A stretch of 63,465 nucleotides of DNA, filler included, from Octopus bimaculoides (lineage: Eukaryota): the NCBI RefSeq assembly GCF_001194135.2. It is 6 parts of 5 records of this genome, joined end to end, with 100 filler letters (N's around TTAATTAATTAA, not from the genome) between each part and the next. Parts side by side here need not be neighbours in the genome. Positions count along the whole stretch, not along the records: positions 8,813 to 36,963 come from NC_068983.1; 5 more parts are not named here. One strand, written 5' to 3'. A program made the position numbers and the translations under genes. Positions within the stretch are counted from its first letter, which is position 1. Each line of letters begins with the position of its first letter. The notes beneath the pieces were generated by a model. That model was not told where the DNA came from, did not search any database, and worked only from the letters and a program-made list of their open reading frames with translations. This document shows, piece after piece, positions 13,888-26,177 of this stretch.

Positions 13888-15124
13888 TACTTTTATACCA
13901 AAAGTTTTTGCAGTGTCTGTGGGCAACCACTAAGTATACTTTTATTATAAATATGTTTAATCAAAGTCAAGACTTCACTTCATTAAAACAACACTCCACT
14001 TTCCACTTCCTCTATCAACAAGGTTTTAGAAAACCCTCCTCAATCCGACTCAACTCTTTAAGCACATTCATAACAACTCTATTCTTCAACACCAAAGTCT
14101 CCCTTCCTGTATCATTCGACTGTCCATTGTTGCCATCATACTGCACAGAAATCCTTACAAGAAATAGCCGTTTCTCATCACTCATTTCCAAGTATAATTT
14201 TAAACCATTTCATTCCAAATACAATGTCAAACAAATTTTTCACTGGTAATTTCACTTGTCTTCAGTCATCTCCACATCTCCTTTGCTATTAAAAGCGTCA
14301 TCACTTTGCCAATAATCCAAACTTTCCTTAACATGTTATATTTCATACTCTCTCAAAATAGCTTTTACATCAGTTACTTCCTTCTCCTGGACTTCGAGGA
14401 TATACACAAAGAAAAAATATTCACCTATTCTTAACCCACTCTCTTACCAGTTCAGGACAAAAAATTCTGATGGCCACCAGAATTATGCAAGCTGGTCAGT
14501 TTTTACCTCCTCAACCCCCATACATGTCAAAACATTTACGTAAAAAGCATTTATAGAACTTTTTTTTTTAGTTGTTCAATCCCAGGTCAACTGTGACTGG
14601 GTTATTTCAGACCAAAATAATTCTAGCTATAGCTATTCCATTCTTCCAATATGTTCTCTTATTTTTGAATGAGTAGAGTTTGGTTGCTATTTCTAGTAGG
14701 TCAGGTAACTGCACAGAGGGGATGATACAAGGAGCTGAGGTAGGAATACCAGAGAGAGAGAGAGAGAGAGATGGTGTTAATGAAATGAATGGACAAGAAA
14801 GCTTTGAATGTGAGAAAGTAAAGGGATTCAAAAAGAACTAATATGATGTGATGTTTCATTATACAAAAAGCAATATTATGCATTTTATCTAATAATACAA
14901 ATAATACAATGGATTTGCAGTTATGGTACTCTAATTGCTGCTAGTTGTTGGATTATAGGCACCAAACCCTACTTCACAACTTGTCATGAAAACAATTGCT
15001 CTGACAAATAAAACAATCCTACTCATACAAATACGGAAAATCAGAAACTCAAAATTAGGTAAGGGAACACAGTTACAAAAAAAGCAAAACATTTTTTGGT
15101 ACCATGATTAAAATATCTACTCAC

Positions 15125-15314
15125 CACCATGTTAATAGAAATGGAAAACCAAAACATGCTGATGAAATCGTTAAAATACGCCAGTCCCGAATTAAATATG
15201 CCCAGAGAGAGGTCAGACATATTCCTATTGCCCAGAATCCAACACAACCAACAACAGTTCGCCATTTTGGAACAATAAATTCCATAGGTAAAACGTAATT
15301 GCTGATCATTACAC
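15125..15314 (-). CDS. SLC22: SLC22 coding exon 3 (end of TM4, TM5-TM6)
   Basis: Acceptor tattccacag|, then (C)VMISNYVLPMEFIVPKWRTVVG...AYLIRDWRIL...LLTW(W). Contains the 'E..P..R' and 'RDWR' motifs. Donor TG|gtgagt; 190 nt, phase 1->2. Confidence 0.95.
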
Positions 15315-15663
15315 CTGTGGAATATACAAAATTTTATAGTCAGCTGATATAAAGTTATAATTTTTTCAATTAATAATCTTTAAAAATGAAAAAAATTTTA
15401 TAACATCTCATATTTCAGCAACATAATGGATTTTGGTTTTGTGTTAATTCTCTTGAACAATTATGAAAATAAATATACATGTGAATATATGTGTGAGTTA
15501 CTGAAAATAAATATGTGCATGTGAATATATGTGTAAATGTGAATGTATAAACTAGATGATGAGTCCTGTAAACCATAAGCTCATTTGGACACTGAAGTAA
15601 TCATATACTATAACTAAAGGTTGTTATTTTCATTGTATACCTCCAAGTTAACCCTGACATAAT

Positions 15664-16033
15664 TGTTGTTGGCACTCCGTCGCTTACAACGTCGAGGGTT
15701 CCAGTTAATTCGATCAACGGAACAGCCTGCTCGTGAAATTAACATGCAAGTGGCTGACCACTCCACAGACATGTGTACCCTTAACGTAGTTCTCGGGGAT
15801 ATTCAGCGTGACAGTGTGACAAGACTGACCCTTTGAATTACAGGCACAGTAAGAGTGAGAGAAAGTTGTGGTGAAAGAGTACAGCAGGGTTCACCACCAT
15901 CCCCTGCTGGAGCCTCATGGAGCTTAAGGTGTTTTCGCTCAATAAACACTTACAACGCCCGGTCTGGGAATCGAAAGCGCGATCCCATGACCGCGAGTCC
16001 GCTGCCCTAACCACTGGGCCATTGCGCCTCCAC
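15664..16033 (-). mobile_element. tRNA-derived SINE family C (tRNA-Arg-like head, (CAA)n tail) with TSD
   Basis: Full-length reverse copy. Direct repeat cctgacataat at 15653-15663 and 16034-16044. Confidence 0.92.
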
Positions 16034-17114
16034 CCTGACATAATAAACATCACCAAAAGAGTTCCAATTGAGACTATCTCATCTTGTATTTTGACATAGT
16101 GTATCAAAGACTACACTATCAAATGTCTTTCTTTTCTTTTTTTTAATAAGATACTCATTTGAAGTAGATTTGATTGTTACTTCTAGCAGGTTGAGAAACT
16201 ATGTAGAAGCTCTTTGGTTGGTTCATGTATATGAATGTGGAAGAGGGGATTAGGATGTTGAACTCATAACATCAAGGGTTTTGATTCCTAGACTGGATAG
16301 CACATAGTGTCCTTGAGCAAGTCACTTCATTCACTAAGCTGAAAATGAGTATCAACTGAATGCTGGTGCAGTCTTTTCTCTCTCTCTCCTTCCAGCAGTC
16401 ACATCCTGGATGTTTCACTGTGTCAAGCGTAAGAGGGATGAAAGAGTGTAGATATTTACTCCTGAATACACAACCTAAAACAATTTGAAAATGCATGGTA
16501 CATGCAACCAGGTCATCCTCAATTCTGGGTAACTATTGAAGTTATATCATCATCGTTTAACGTCCGCTTTCCATGCTAGCATGGGTTATATATATATATA
16601 TATTATTGGCCACACATTCTCAATGAATGTGCTTTGCTTGTTCACTGGAAGGCTGAGGTCTAGCGAAGTGGGGATGACTCCCTTAAAGTGCCAGGTGTTA
16701 AAACACCTGAAAGTCATAGACAGGCAAAACACCTTGTCCCAAACCCCATTCAGGAGTGATGGACATTGATGTTTCACCATTTTTGTGGCTTATCAACATC
16801 ATGTTCCTGAACTGAACTGGAGGTGAACTGAATCACCAATCTTCGACTATATACAAATAGTGTAAAAACCATTTGCTAGTATGCCACATAAGAATAAATT
16901 CAAATATGATTCATGAATCAGAAGCAGCACTAGTGTTGAAAACATCATCAACCACATATATGTTTACAATAGTGCTGCTTCTAGTTCATATTTGAATATA
17001 TATATATATATGAATGTGGTGTATGCCAGAGGGCTTGCAAATCCAATGGGGGTCTTAAAAGACATGTTAGGATCCACAATGAGCAGAACTTACCTGCAGA
17101 TATTAGTAGTACAA

Positions 17115-17248
17115 ATCAGAGGTGCAATCTGTGTGGGTGTTTTTTCAAAACATTGTCTGGTTTAAAAAGCCACATCAGACGCCATGAAAGGGGTAAGGTG
17201 TAGGTGCAGGAGGTGGTCAAACTCTGTGTAAGGAGTAGACTACCACTA
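17115..17248 (+). mobile_element. RTE-type LINE 3' end fragment (C-terminal C2H2 finger)
   Basis: RCNLCGCFFKTLSGLKSHIRRHERGKV* followed by a short 3'UTR-like stretch that runs into an N gap. Confidence 0.55.
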
Positions 17249-17544
17249 NNNNNNNNNNTGACTGCAGTCATAAGACAACCAAGCAATAATGTCAACATTG
17301 CAATGATAGCACATGTTTTAAGAATCTAATAAGTGAAAAATGACCAAAAAATGAATAAACAACACATATTTTGTAGTTTTAAGCATTCAAGGGGTGGGTA
17401 TCAAAAATGCAACGTAAAATATCCAAAAGAAGCAACAGGTACAAGCAGGAAAAGACAGCATAAAATATCAGTTTGTAAACACACACACATGGTTTTTCGT
17501 AAACAAGAGTTCCAACACTTGGCTTGTTACTAAGGAAACAAGCA

Positions 17545-17578
<34 letters not shown>

Positions 17579-18115
17579 TGTGGCTTTCAATTGGTTAAAA
17601 TTATCCAAAATTTGCAAACTTCAAAACTGTTAACTGCTTATTTATTGATTTATGGCTAAAATGAATTTCATGTCAATAAGTAGTTTACAAAACTACATCA
17701 ATACACTAAATTTGAAATCAATCGGAACAAAATTGAAGAAATTGAAAAGTGGCAGCCAAACAGAAGAGATTCATATTGATAAGTTGACCTGGTATAACTC
17801 ATACCTTCCCACAAACTTATATACACAAAGGAATAGTTGAATTCATTATTGAAATCTAACAATTTGTACAATACTGCTACTGCTTAGAATGACAATTTAC
17901 ATCTCACTATGGTATCTAAGGTACTTATTTGCATCTAGATCCACAGGTTCATTTGAAAATAAAGTATTTAAGTATATTTGACACAATGCAGTTTTGCTGA
18001 CAGGATATGAACACACCATGCTCTCTTCATGCTTTCGTATAAACTAAAAAAAAAAATATGAAAATGCAGAATAGCAAATTAAGCAAAAATAAATCAGAAG
18101 ATAAGATAAACTTAC

Positions 18116-18347
18116 AAGTGATGAAGGCACCAATGAAGACTCTGCATCCACAGTAAACTTGCCAAGACACAGTTAACCCACTAGCAATTTGGAATATTAA
18201 TAATAAGAAGTAAGAGCCATAGAGAATTTTTTTCCGGCCAAAATAGTCTGAGAGTGGACCAGTGAGAAGACTGCCAAAAAGTAATCCAACCATGGTTAAG
18301 GTATTGATTAGAGTGATAGTATAACTTTGATCACAAACAAGATTCCA
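18116..18347 (-). CDS. SLC22: SLC22 coding exon 2 (TM2-TM4)
   Basis: Acceptor tttcctatttcag|, then WNLVCDQSYTITLINTLTMVGLLFGSLLTGPLSDYFGRKK...RVFIGAFIT. Contains the WxLVC and MFS 'SDxFGRK' motifs. Donor T|gtaagt; 232 nt, phase 0->1. Confidence 0.95.
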
Positions 18348-18492
18348 CTGAAATAGGAAAGAAAAAACAAAGAGGAAAAAAAGCAGGCTTAAGCATAAAA
18401 TAAGAAATATTGTTATTTATATTAAACAGCACATTTCTGTGATTACTGACATATTGTCACTGTTAATTAGTAACTCTTTACATAAAACAGCC

Positions 18493-18878
18493 GTGGAGGT
18501 ACAATGGCCCAGTGGTTAGGGCAGCAGACTCACGGTCATAGGATCGCACTTTCGATTCCCAGACTGGGCCTTGTGAGTGTTTATTGAGCGAAAACACCTA
18601 AAGCTCCACAAGGCTCCGGCAGGGGATGGTGGTGAACCCTGCTGTACTCTTCCACCACAACTTTCTCTCTCTTACTTCCTGTTTCTGTTGTGCCTGTAAT
18701 TCAAAGGGTCAGCCTTGTCACACTGTGTCACGCTGAATATCCCCGAGAATTACGTTAAGGGTACACGTGTCTGTGGAGTGTTCAGCCACTTGCACGTTAA
18801 TTTCACGAGCAGGCTGTTCCGTTGATCGGATCAACTGGAATGCTCGACGTCGTAAGCGACGGAGTGCCAACAACAACA
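18493..18878 (+). mobile_element. SINE family C, full length, with 13-bp TSD
   Basis: gtggaggtacaatggcccagtggttagggc...gacggagtgccaacaacaac. TSD acataaaacagcc at 18480-18492 and 18879-18891. Confidence 0.95.
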
Positions 18879-19267
18879 ACATAAAACAGCCACTGATGTT
18901 AACACACATGGTTATTTCTTCTACACATTGCTTTACATTGATACTAATTATTTATTCTTTTACACAGTAATCAGTTAATCCTAAACAATGAATCAGTTAA
19001 TCATCAAATATAGTTCACACAGTGGAATACATTTCATACTGTGAAGAGAAGTATAATGTTTCGAGTAGAATCCTTTATCAAATAGAGAAGAAATGTTGAC
19101 TTGTATTGAAGGATAAATAAATTAGGAAATGTTAGTCTTTTCCTCATCTTTCTCCCCGCATAAAATATATTCTACTGTCTGAACTCTTTGTTTTACTTTT
19201 TACCAACACAACACATCACTAGTTTCCATGAATCCTACTGATTTATTAATCCTTATACACACTGCTG

Positions 19268-19530
19268 TGAGGGTGCATGGCCTAGTGGTTAGGGTGTTGC
19301 ACTCGTGGTTGTGAGATTGTGGTTTCAATTCCTGGCCCAGGTGGTGTGTTGTGTTTTTGAGCAAAACACTTCAGCCAAAATTGCTCTATGATCATTTTGA
19401 TACATGACATGTGGTACACTGTGCATCTGTTCAGGCAACATTGATTTGATGGAGGGAGTGGACTAATGTACAGTTCAAACATTTGATCATCATAAACAAA
19501 TCACTTGTGAAGGTTATTCAGCATGAAATT
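19268..19530 (+). mobile_element. Old tRNA-derived SINE
   Basis: gcatggcctagtggttagggtg...ggtttcaattcc...tgtgtttttgagcaaaacactt (A box, B box, then a CORE/V-like block). Confidence 0.65.
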
Positions 19531-19824
19531 TTAGAACTATACGAAACTACCGTCATAAACACTGCTAAACCTTACACACATTACTATAAATCAGTTAGTC
19601 CTTAAACACACTGCTACTAATAAGCTAATCCTAATCCAAACAGCTATTAGTTAGTTGATTCTTATGTACACAGCTCTTAATTGGTTAATGCTTACACACA
19701 TTTCTTTTAATGAGTTAATCTTTGCACATGCAGCTGCTAACGAGTTAATCCTTCCACATCACATTTCTCTGTTTACTGACAATCCATTGTCATTAATGAG
19801 TTAATGAATGAAAAGGATACATAC

Positions 19825-20154
19825 CTCACTCACAATTGATGTGAATTCTGGATCAAATATAATTTTAGAACATTGTTCTTTCTGCAATAATGCATTGCAA
19901 GACAAGCTGAGCAGTTTGTCAGAACTGTTGCTATTTTCTCTTTGAGTGTTATTCCAATCAGTGATCATTGTTGTGTTTGTCCCTTCAGAGTAGTTAGCAC
20001 TAACACAATGCCAATCCATCTTGGCATGTGTAAAAATGGGTAAAACCATTGCCAGCCCTGCTGATATTTCTAAAAGACTAACTAGTATAAATAGTCGTCT
20101 TTGATAGGGACCAAAGCCACGCAACTCTTCAAAGATTTGTTCATAACTAAACAT
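19825..20154 (-). CDS. SLC22: SLC22-family transporter, coding exon 1 (110 aa; N-terminus, TM1, large extracellular loop)
   Basis: MFSYEQIFEELRGFGPYQRRLF...WHC...FTSIVSE matches the SLC22 N-terminal 'GxFGxYQ' and 'TIVxE' motifs. Acceptor tttgcag| at 20177/20176, 22-nt UTR containing an in-frame TGA before the ATG, donor GAG|gtatgt (phase 0). Symbol is family-level only. Confidence 0.93.
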
Positions 20155-21039
20155 TTCTGGATTCTCTCTCTTTCAGCTGCAAATAGGAGAAAAATAGGCT
20201 AACAAACATTTATGATCAAACAAAATACCTACAAAACAAATGGTTTAACTATGCAATAAACAAAGAAAAGACCACCACAGTAATCAAGCTTGTTTGAATC
20301 TAACACATTCTAGAACAATCTCACATTTATAAATGGTTTCAATAAACCCTTGAGTATAGTGCATATAATTAGGTATAAAACATATCTGTTTGAATTAGAT
20401 ATGATAGTTTATTTGCTTTGAGAGTAATATATGTAACATAGGTGAAAGAAGATGATATGAGAAGCACCCATGCTATTTTCCATAGATCATGGAGGACATG
20501 GAATGTTATCCAATGGAAGATGTGATGTACCTCTTTATACACTAATTATACTTTGGAAACCAGCAGACAAATATCTCATTTGTTATACAACTCACTAATC
20601 ATATCTTGTCAGTACTTTTTTGTACGAATAAATATTAGTTTCTGTAAAGCTCGAAATGTGGTGTTATGAGATATTCTGCAGCAGGCAGTCATGAAAAAGT
20701 AGTCTCGGTGAGTATGGGTAAACATGAACGTTTGTGTAACTACCATGTTACACATGCAAATGTCCCTGGAATATCTCTTTGAAAACATAAACAAATCAGA
20801 TAACAATGAAAATATTAATTTTACAATAACCAATAATGTGCTTTTCATGAAGCTTCAGCATGTAGTCTAGGTCAGTTACTGTGGGTCACGGGCCTTAATA
20901 TTTTCTACTAATGGTGACTGCAGTTAGCTATGTGTCATATCCCCAAAATCAGGCCTGCATGTGTAGCTAGGATGCAATATAAATGTGAGGATGTCTTTAG
21001 AATTGTAATTTTAAAATAATCTATTATTGAATAAAAATT

Positions 21040-21338
21040 GTTGTTGTTGTTGTTGTTGGCACATGTACCTTTAACATAGTTCTCGGGGATATTCAGCGTG
21101 ACACAGTGTGACAAGGCTGACCCTTTGAATTACAGGCACAACAGAAACAGGAAGTATGAGTGAGAGAAAGTTGTGGTGGAAGAGTACAGCAGGGTTCATC
21201 ACCATCTCCTGCCAGAGCCTCGTGGAGCTTTAGGTGTTTTCGCTCAATAAACACTCACAACGCCCGGTCTGGGAATCGAAAGCGCGATCCTATGACCACG
21301 AGTCCGCCGCCCTAACCACTGGGCCATTGCGCCTCCAC
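21040..21338 (-). mobile_element. SINE family C with an internal 3' deletion and 12-bp TSD
   Basis: TSD tgaataaaaatt at 21028-21039 and 21339-21350. The tail (gttgttggcac) joins directly to atgtaccttt. Confidence 0.92.
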
Positions 21339-21580
21339 TGAATAAAAATTATTCTGTGTTAAACAGTATAATCCTTTAATATAATTAGTGATATATCCCC
21401 ATCCTTCTGCTGGTCTATCTCCTCCCCATTGCTAAATTACTTTCACTCTATCTGAAATACTGATAAGTCATTCAGTTAGCTAGATTAATCACTAACAGGT
21501 CTTTTAGTTAGCTGAATACCAAGTAGAAATGTATGTAAATTTGATTGTCCATCAATAAATTGCATATATATTTTACATAT

Positions 21581-21756
21581 AGGCACAGGAGTGGCTGTGT
21601 GGTAAGTAGCTTGCTTACCAACCACATGGTTCTGGGTTCAGTCCCACTGCGTGGCACCTTGGGCAAGTGTCTTCTACTATAGCCTCGGGCCGACCAAAGC
21701 CTTGTGAGTGGATTTGGTAGATGGAAACTGAAAGAAGCCTGTCGTATATATGTATG

Positions 21757-21791
<35 letters not shown>

Positions 21792-21987
21792 ATATGTTTG
21801 TGTGTATATGTTTGACAACCGATGCTGGTGTGTTTACGTCCCCGTAACTTAGCGGTTTGGCAAAAGAGACCGATAGAATATGTACTAGGCTTACAAAGAA
21901 TAAGTCCTGGGGTCGATTTGCTCGACTAAAGGCGGTGCTCCAGCATGGCTGCAGTCAAATGACTGAAACAAGTAAAAGAGTAAAGAG
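21581..21987 (+). mobile_element. SINE family B, full length
   Basis: aggcacaggagtggctgtgtggtaagtagc...gactgaaacaagtaaaagag. Confidence 0.92.
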
Positions 21988-22709
21988 TATATGCATATTT
22001 CATTATTTAGGAATATCAATTTATTAAATAATGATAAAGAGGAATGTCTGTTTTATTCTATTATTCTCTTTCACTATAGTTTACTGCAAGTAATTAAATT
22101 TAGACTGAATATTTATCATGCATGGAAAATCAACAAGTATGCACTAGTTGCACAATATTGAACAATAATGTTATTGAATACATAACAATAGTATAACAAA
22201 AATCAGTATTTGGACACATTACTATATAATAATCATGTGATGTGTCTATAAAAGTTGTTTGTTTGTATGACTTTTTAACAGTTTGGTGTTGCAGTTATGT
22301 TTGTTTAGTGATGTGATTATAAAGCTGCTTGATGATGTAACAATATACTTACTTAATAGTGTGGCCTGACTATGTAGTGAAATTGTCATCACTTTAATGA
22401 GAAGTTTGTTGTGTCCCTAAAATAGCAGTCACTCACCATTTTAGCAGATACGTAAAGAAGGCTTTATCTCCATTTTTCCAGCATTTATTAATTTCACTAA
22501 CAAAGGATAAAACTTCGTTTTGTATACTTGATTACTTGTAGCTTTATCCTCTTACTGTAGGCAAAGTAGGTTCCTAGCAACTCTTATTTTTAAGATGTTT
22601 GATTGATTCAAAGAGAAAAACAATTTAAACTAAGAGAACATCATGCTTGAATCAGAGGTCTATTACACTGTTAACTATTATGATGGTTCTTAAAATATCT
22701 TTTATCTTT

Positions 22710-23285
22710 AACTTGTTTCAGCCACTAGACTTCAGCTATACTGGGGCACCACCTTGAAGAATTTTTAGTTGAATGCATCAACCCCAGTACTAATTTTTTA
22801 AAAGCCTGATACTAATTCTATCAGTCTCTTTTGCCAAACCACTAAGTTACAGCACCAGTTGTCAAGAAGTGATGAGGGTGGGGGACAAACACAGATACAA
22901 AGATACGCACACATAGATATATTGTGTGGTTAGGAAGTTTGCTTCCCAGCTACATGGTTTTGGGTTCAGTCCCACCGCGTGGCACCTTGGGCAAGTGTCT
23001 TCTGCTATAGCCTCGAGCCGACCAAAGCTTTATGATTGAATTTGGTAGGCGGAAGTTACTGCTATGTGTGTATATGTCTGTGTATGTGCTTGCGCCTCTC
23101 TCCCAAAGAGAGAGAGAGGGATAACAAGCTTCTTTCAGTTTCTGTCAACCAAATCAATTCACAAAGCTTTGATTGGCCTAAGGCTACAGTAGAAGACACT
23201 TGCCCAGAGTGCCACACAGTAGGACTGAACTTCAAACCATGTGGCTGGAAAGCAAGCTTCTTACCACACAGCCATGCTTGCACCT
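22710..23285 (-). mobile_element. SINE family B (older) interrupted by a nested plus-strand B fragment (~22921-23060)
   Basis: 3' half at ~22710-22900 and 5' half at ~23125-23285 in minus orientation, with a plus-strand head between them. Confidence 0.75.
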
Positions 23286-23894
23286 ATATTTTAAAATGTT
23301 GAGAGAAATTAACTGTAGTCAATTAATCTTTTTTGCTTCTTTCTATTTTGAAGTTTCTCTCTGATTTTTCGTTACTATGCAACATGATAATACAAGTGTG
23401 GATGGTGAGATCAATAACCCAGCAATTTGATACAAATACAGTAGCCACATTTGCTACAACACAGTTGTTTAGTGGTTTGACTATGTAGTTGCTTGATTGT
23501 AATGGAGTATATATTTTCCAGACACTAGATCATCATCATCATCATCATCATCATTTAACATCCATAAATAATGATGATGATGATCTGACACAATATCAAC
23601 ATAGTACTATTATGATATTGACCTGATATTACATTTTTCAAGTTATCACTGTACTTTAGAGAACCTTCCATACTTTCTAGTTTAGCTGAGCTGAATCTAA
23701 CTCCTTCACCTGTTTTATTCGGTTCATCCTCATTCTATTATCCCCTACTACTTGCCAGTATAGCTGTGAACTTATGTTAAGGTAATATACAGTTGACTAA
23801 GTGAGACAAGCAAAGAGTGTTGTAGAAGTAGTCCAACAGCTTGATGGTAGACCAGTGATTTTTTTGAGAAACATTTTCATAATTATTTCAACAT

Positions 23895-24288
23895 AGGCGC
23901 AGGAGTGGCTCTGTGGTAAGTAGCTTGCTTACCAACCACATGGTTCTGGGTTCAGTCCCACTGCGTGGCACCGTGGGCAAGTGTCTTCTACTATAGCCTC
24001 GGGCCGACCAAAGCCTTGTGAGTGGATTTGGTAGACAGAAACTGAAAAAAGCCCGTCATATATATGTATATATATATATATATGTGTGTGTGTGTCTGTG
24101 TTTGTCCCCCCAATATCGCTTGACAACCGATGCTGGTGTGTTTGCGTCCTTGTAACTTAGTGATTTGACAAAAGACACCGATAGAGTAAGTACTAGGCTT
24201 ACAAAGAATAAGTCCCAGGGTCGATTTCCTCAACTAAAGGCGGTGCTCCAGCATGGCCACAGTCAAAGGACTGAAACAAGCAAAGAGT
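23895..24288 (+). mobile_element. SINE family B, full length
   Basis: aggcgcaggagtggctctgtggtaag...gactgaaacaagcaaagag. Confidence 0.92.
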
Positions 24289-25632
24289 ATCCATGACTCT
24301 CCCAACCCGGCCCAAACCATATTTATGAGCCAACAAGGGAGCCTTCATGGAGTGAGCAAATTTACCTGAAATCATACCCTATTGTCTTAAATAAGGCATG
24401 ATATTCCTGAATGGAATCTCTTTCACTATAGTGTATTCAATCAAGGCCAGTTTGGGGCTAAGTAATAACATCCATTTCTATGTGAAGGAAATTTTGTGTG
24501 GTTAGTAATCCTGCTTCACTTAGCAGCCAAATTCCTTGTCATCTTTAAAATGAGATTTATACATTTTCAATATATCAAGTATTTCAGTATATTCTATAAA
24601 AATTGTGGTCCCCCTAAAAAAAAACATATTAACTAGCTTTTTCTTTACACAATATATAAAATAAGCAGGTACCAATAATATAATGAAGTCAATTCAACAA
24701 ACTATAACCTACACCTCAACAAAACAGAAATATTCACAATGAGAACTACTCACATAAATAAATAAAACTGAGGACATTATGGAACAGTAGATTTTTTGTG
24801 GGGGAGGTGGGGGGGGGAAATAATAATGGTTAAATGAAAAGTTGGGATATTCATACCTGAGACAAGGATAGCAGTGGTGAATGTGAAGTGAAACAACTTC
24901 AACTGAGATTCAAAATTGCATCATGGCCTCCATATGCAAGGGACTTAACTTCCTCTTAGTTGCTGTAAAATTAAGATTATATCTTAGTATGCCAAGCCTT
25001 TTCATGTCACTTTAAAGTAGCAGTTTAGACCAAGAAAGTACTAATTAACAGTAATTATTGTCAAAAATATAAAACAGAGACAAAAAACACTGAAGATAAT
25101 TATTTATTTCCTAAATAATTAACATAATAAATGACTTGGGGAAATAAACTACATTTTAAGAAGTTTCCACATAAAGGATTATATATGAACTAAAATATAT
25201 ACGTGAACAAAGGAAAAAAAAAATAATGTTTTACTTTTTTTTTCTGTGTTAAAAATAAACAGTTTAAGTGATGATTAGATTAAATTCTTGTTTATACAAT
25301 GAACAGGTTAACTTAGTATTTTTATGGTAAACACGGAAAATTCCTTTGTCATCAGTGGTGACTGATTAAACATATATTTACAAATTTCATTCCTGTCTCT
25401 CAAACTGCTACTACTATATTGGATTGCTTAATTGAAATTTATCATCACAGCACAAATCTGTATTCTAATATTTTTTTATGACAAAAATGCCAGATTAGTT
25501 TTACCATTAATTTAATCTATACACAACCAGTATGCAGGCTTTAATCTAAAGTCAATTCCTGAAAGTTTTGTCAATGCAGTACTTAGCAGAACCTTTAAAA
25601 TAACAGTTTCTCAGGGACATATAAACATCTTC

Positions 25633-26020
25633 AAGGCACAGATGTGGTGGTGTGATAAGAAGCTTGCTTCCCAACCACATGGTCCCAGGTTCAGTCACAC
25701 TGTGTAGCACTTTGGGCAATTATCTTCTACTACAGCCTCAGGCCAACCAAAGCTTTGTGAGTGGATTTGGTTGACAGAAACTGAAAGAAGCCCATTATAT
25801 GTATGTATATTTGTGTGTCTGTGTTTGTCCCCCTACCATTGCTTGACAACCGATGTTGGTGTGCTTACATCTCCATAACTTGGCAGCTCAGCAAAAGAAA
25901 CTAATAGAATAAGTACTAGGCTTTAAGGAATAACTCCTGGGGTTGATTTCTTCGACTAAAACTTTTTAAGGCAGTGCTCCAGCATGGCCACAGTCAAATG
26001 CATGAGACAAGTAAAAGAAT
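25633..26020 (+). mobile_element. SINE family B, decayed full length
   Basis: aaggcacagatgtggtggtgtgataagaagc...gagacaagtaaaagaat. Confidence 0.85.
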
Positions 26021-26177
26021 ACTAAAATACACACACACAGACTTACAAGTTCTAACATACTGAAACTAAATTTTCAAAATGATTACAATTTTATTAATCT
26101 CTATGAGATTTCTGCTGGCTGCATTAGTAATCAAATATTTAACCCTTTAGCACTCATATATATATACATATATATAT

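Noticed and set aside
18493-18570. tRNA-like heads (also at 518, 21581, 56035 and others) as tRNA genes
   Set aside because: No proper acceptor stem or cloverleaf, and they continue into SINE bodies with tails and TSDs.
20680-20720. Plus-strand ctgcag|...ctcg|gtgagt mini-exon suggesting an antisense gene
   Set aside because: Poor acceptor tract, and no other supporting plus-strand exons.
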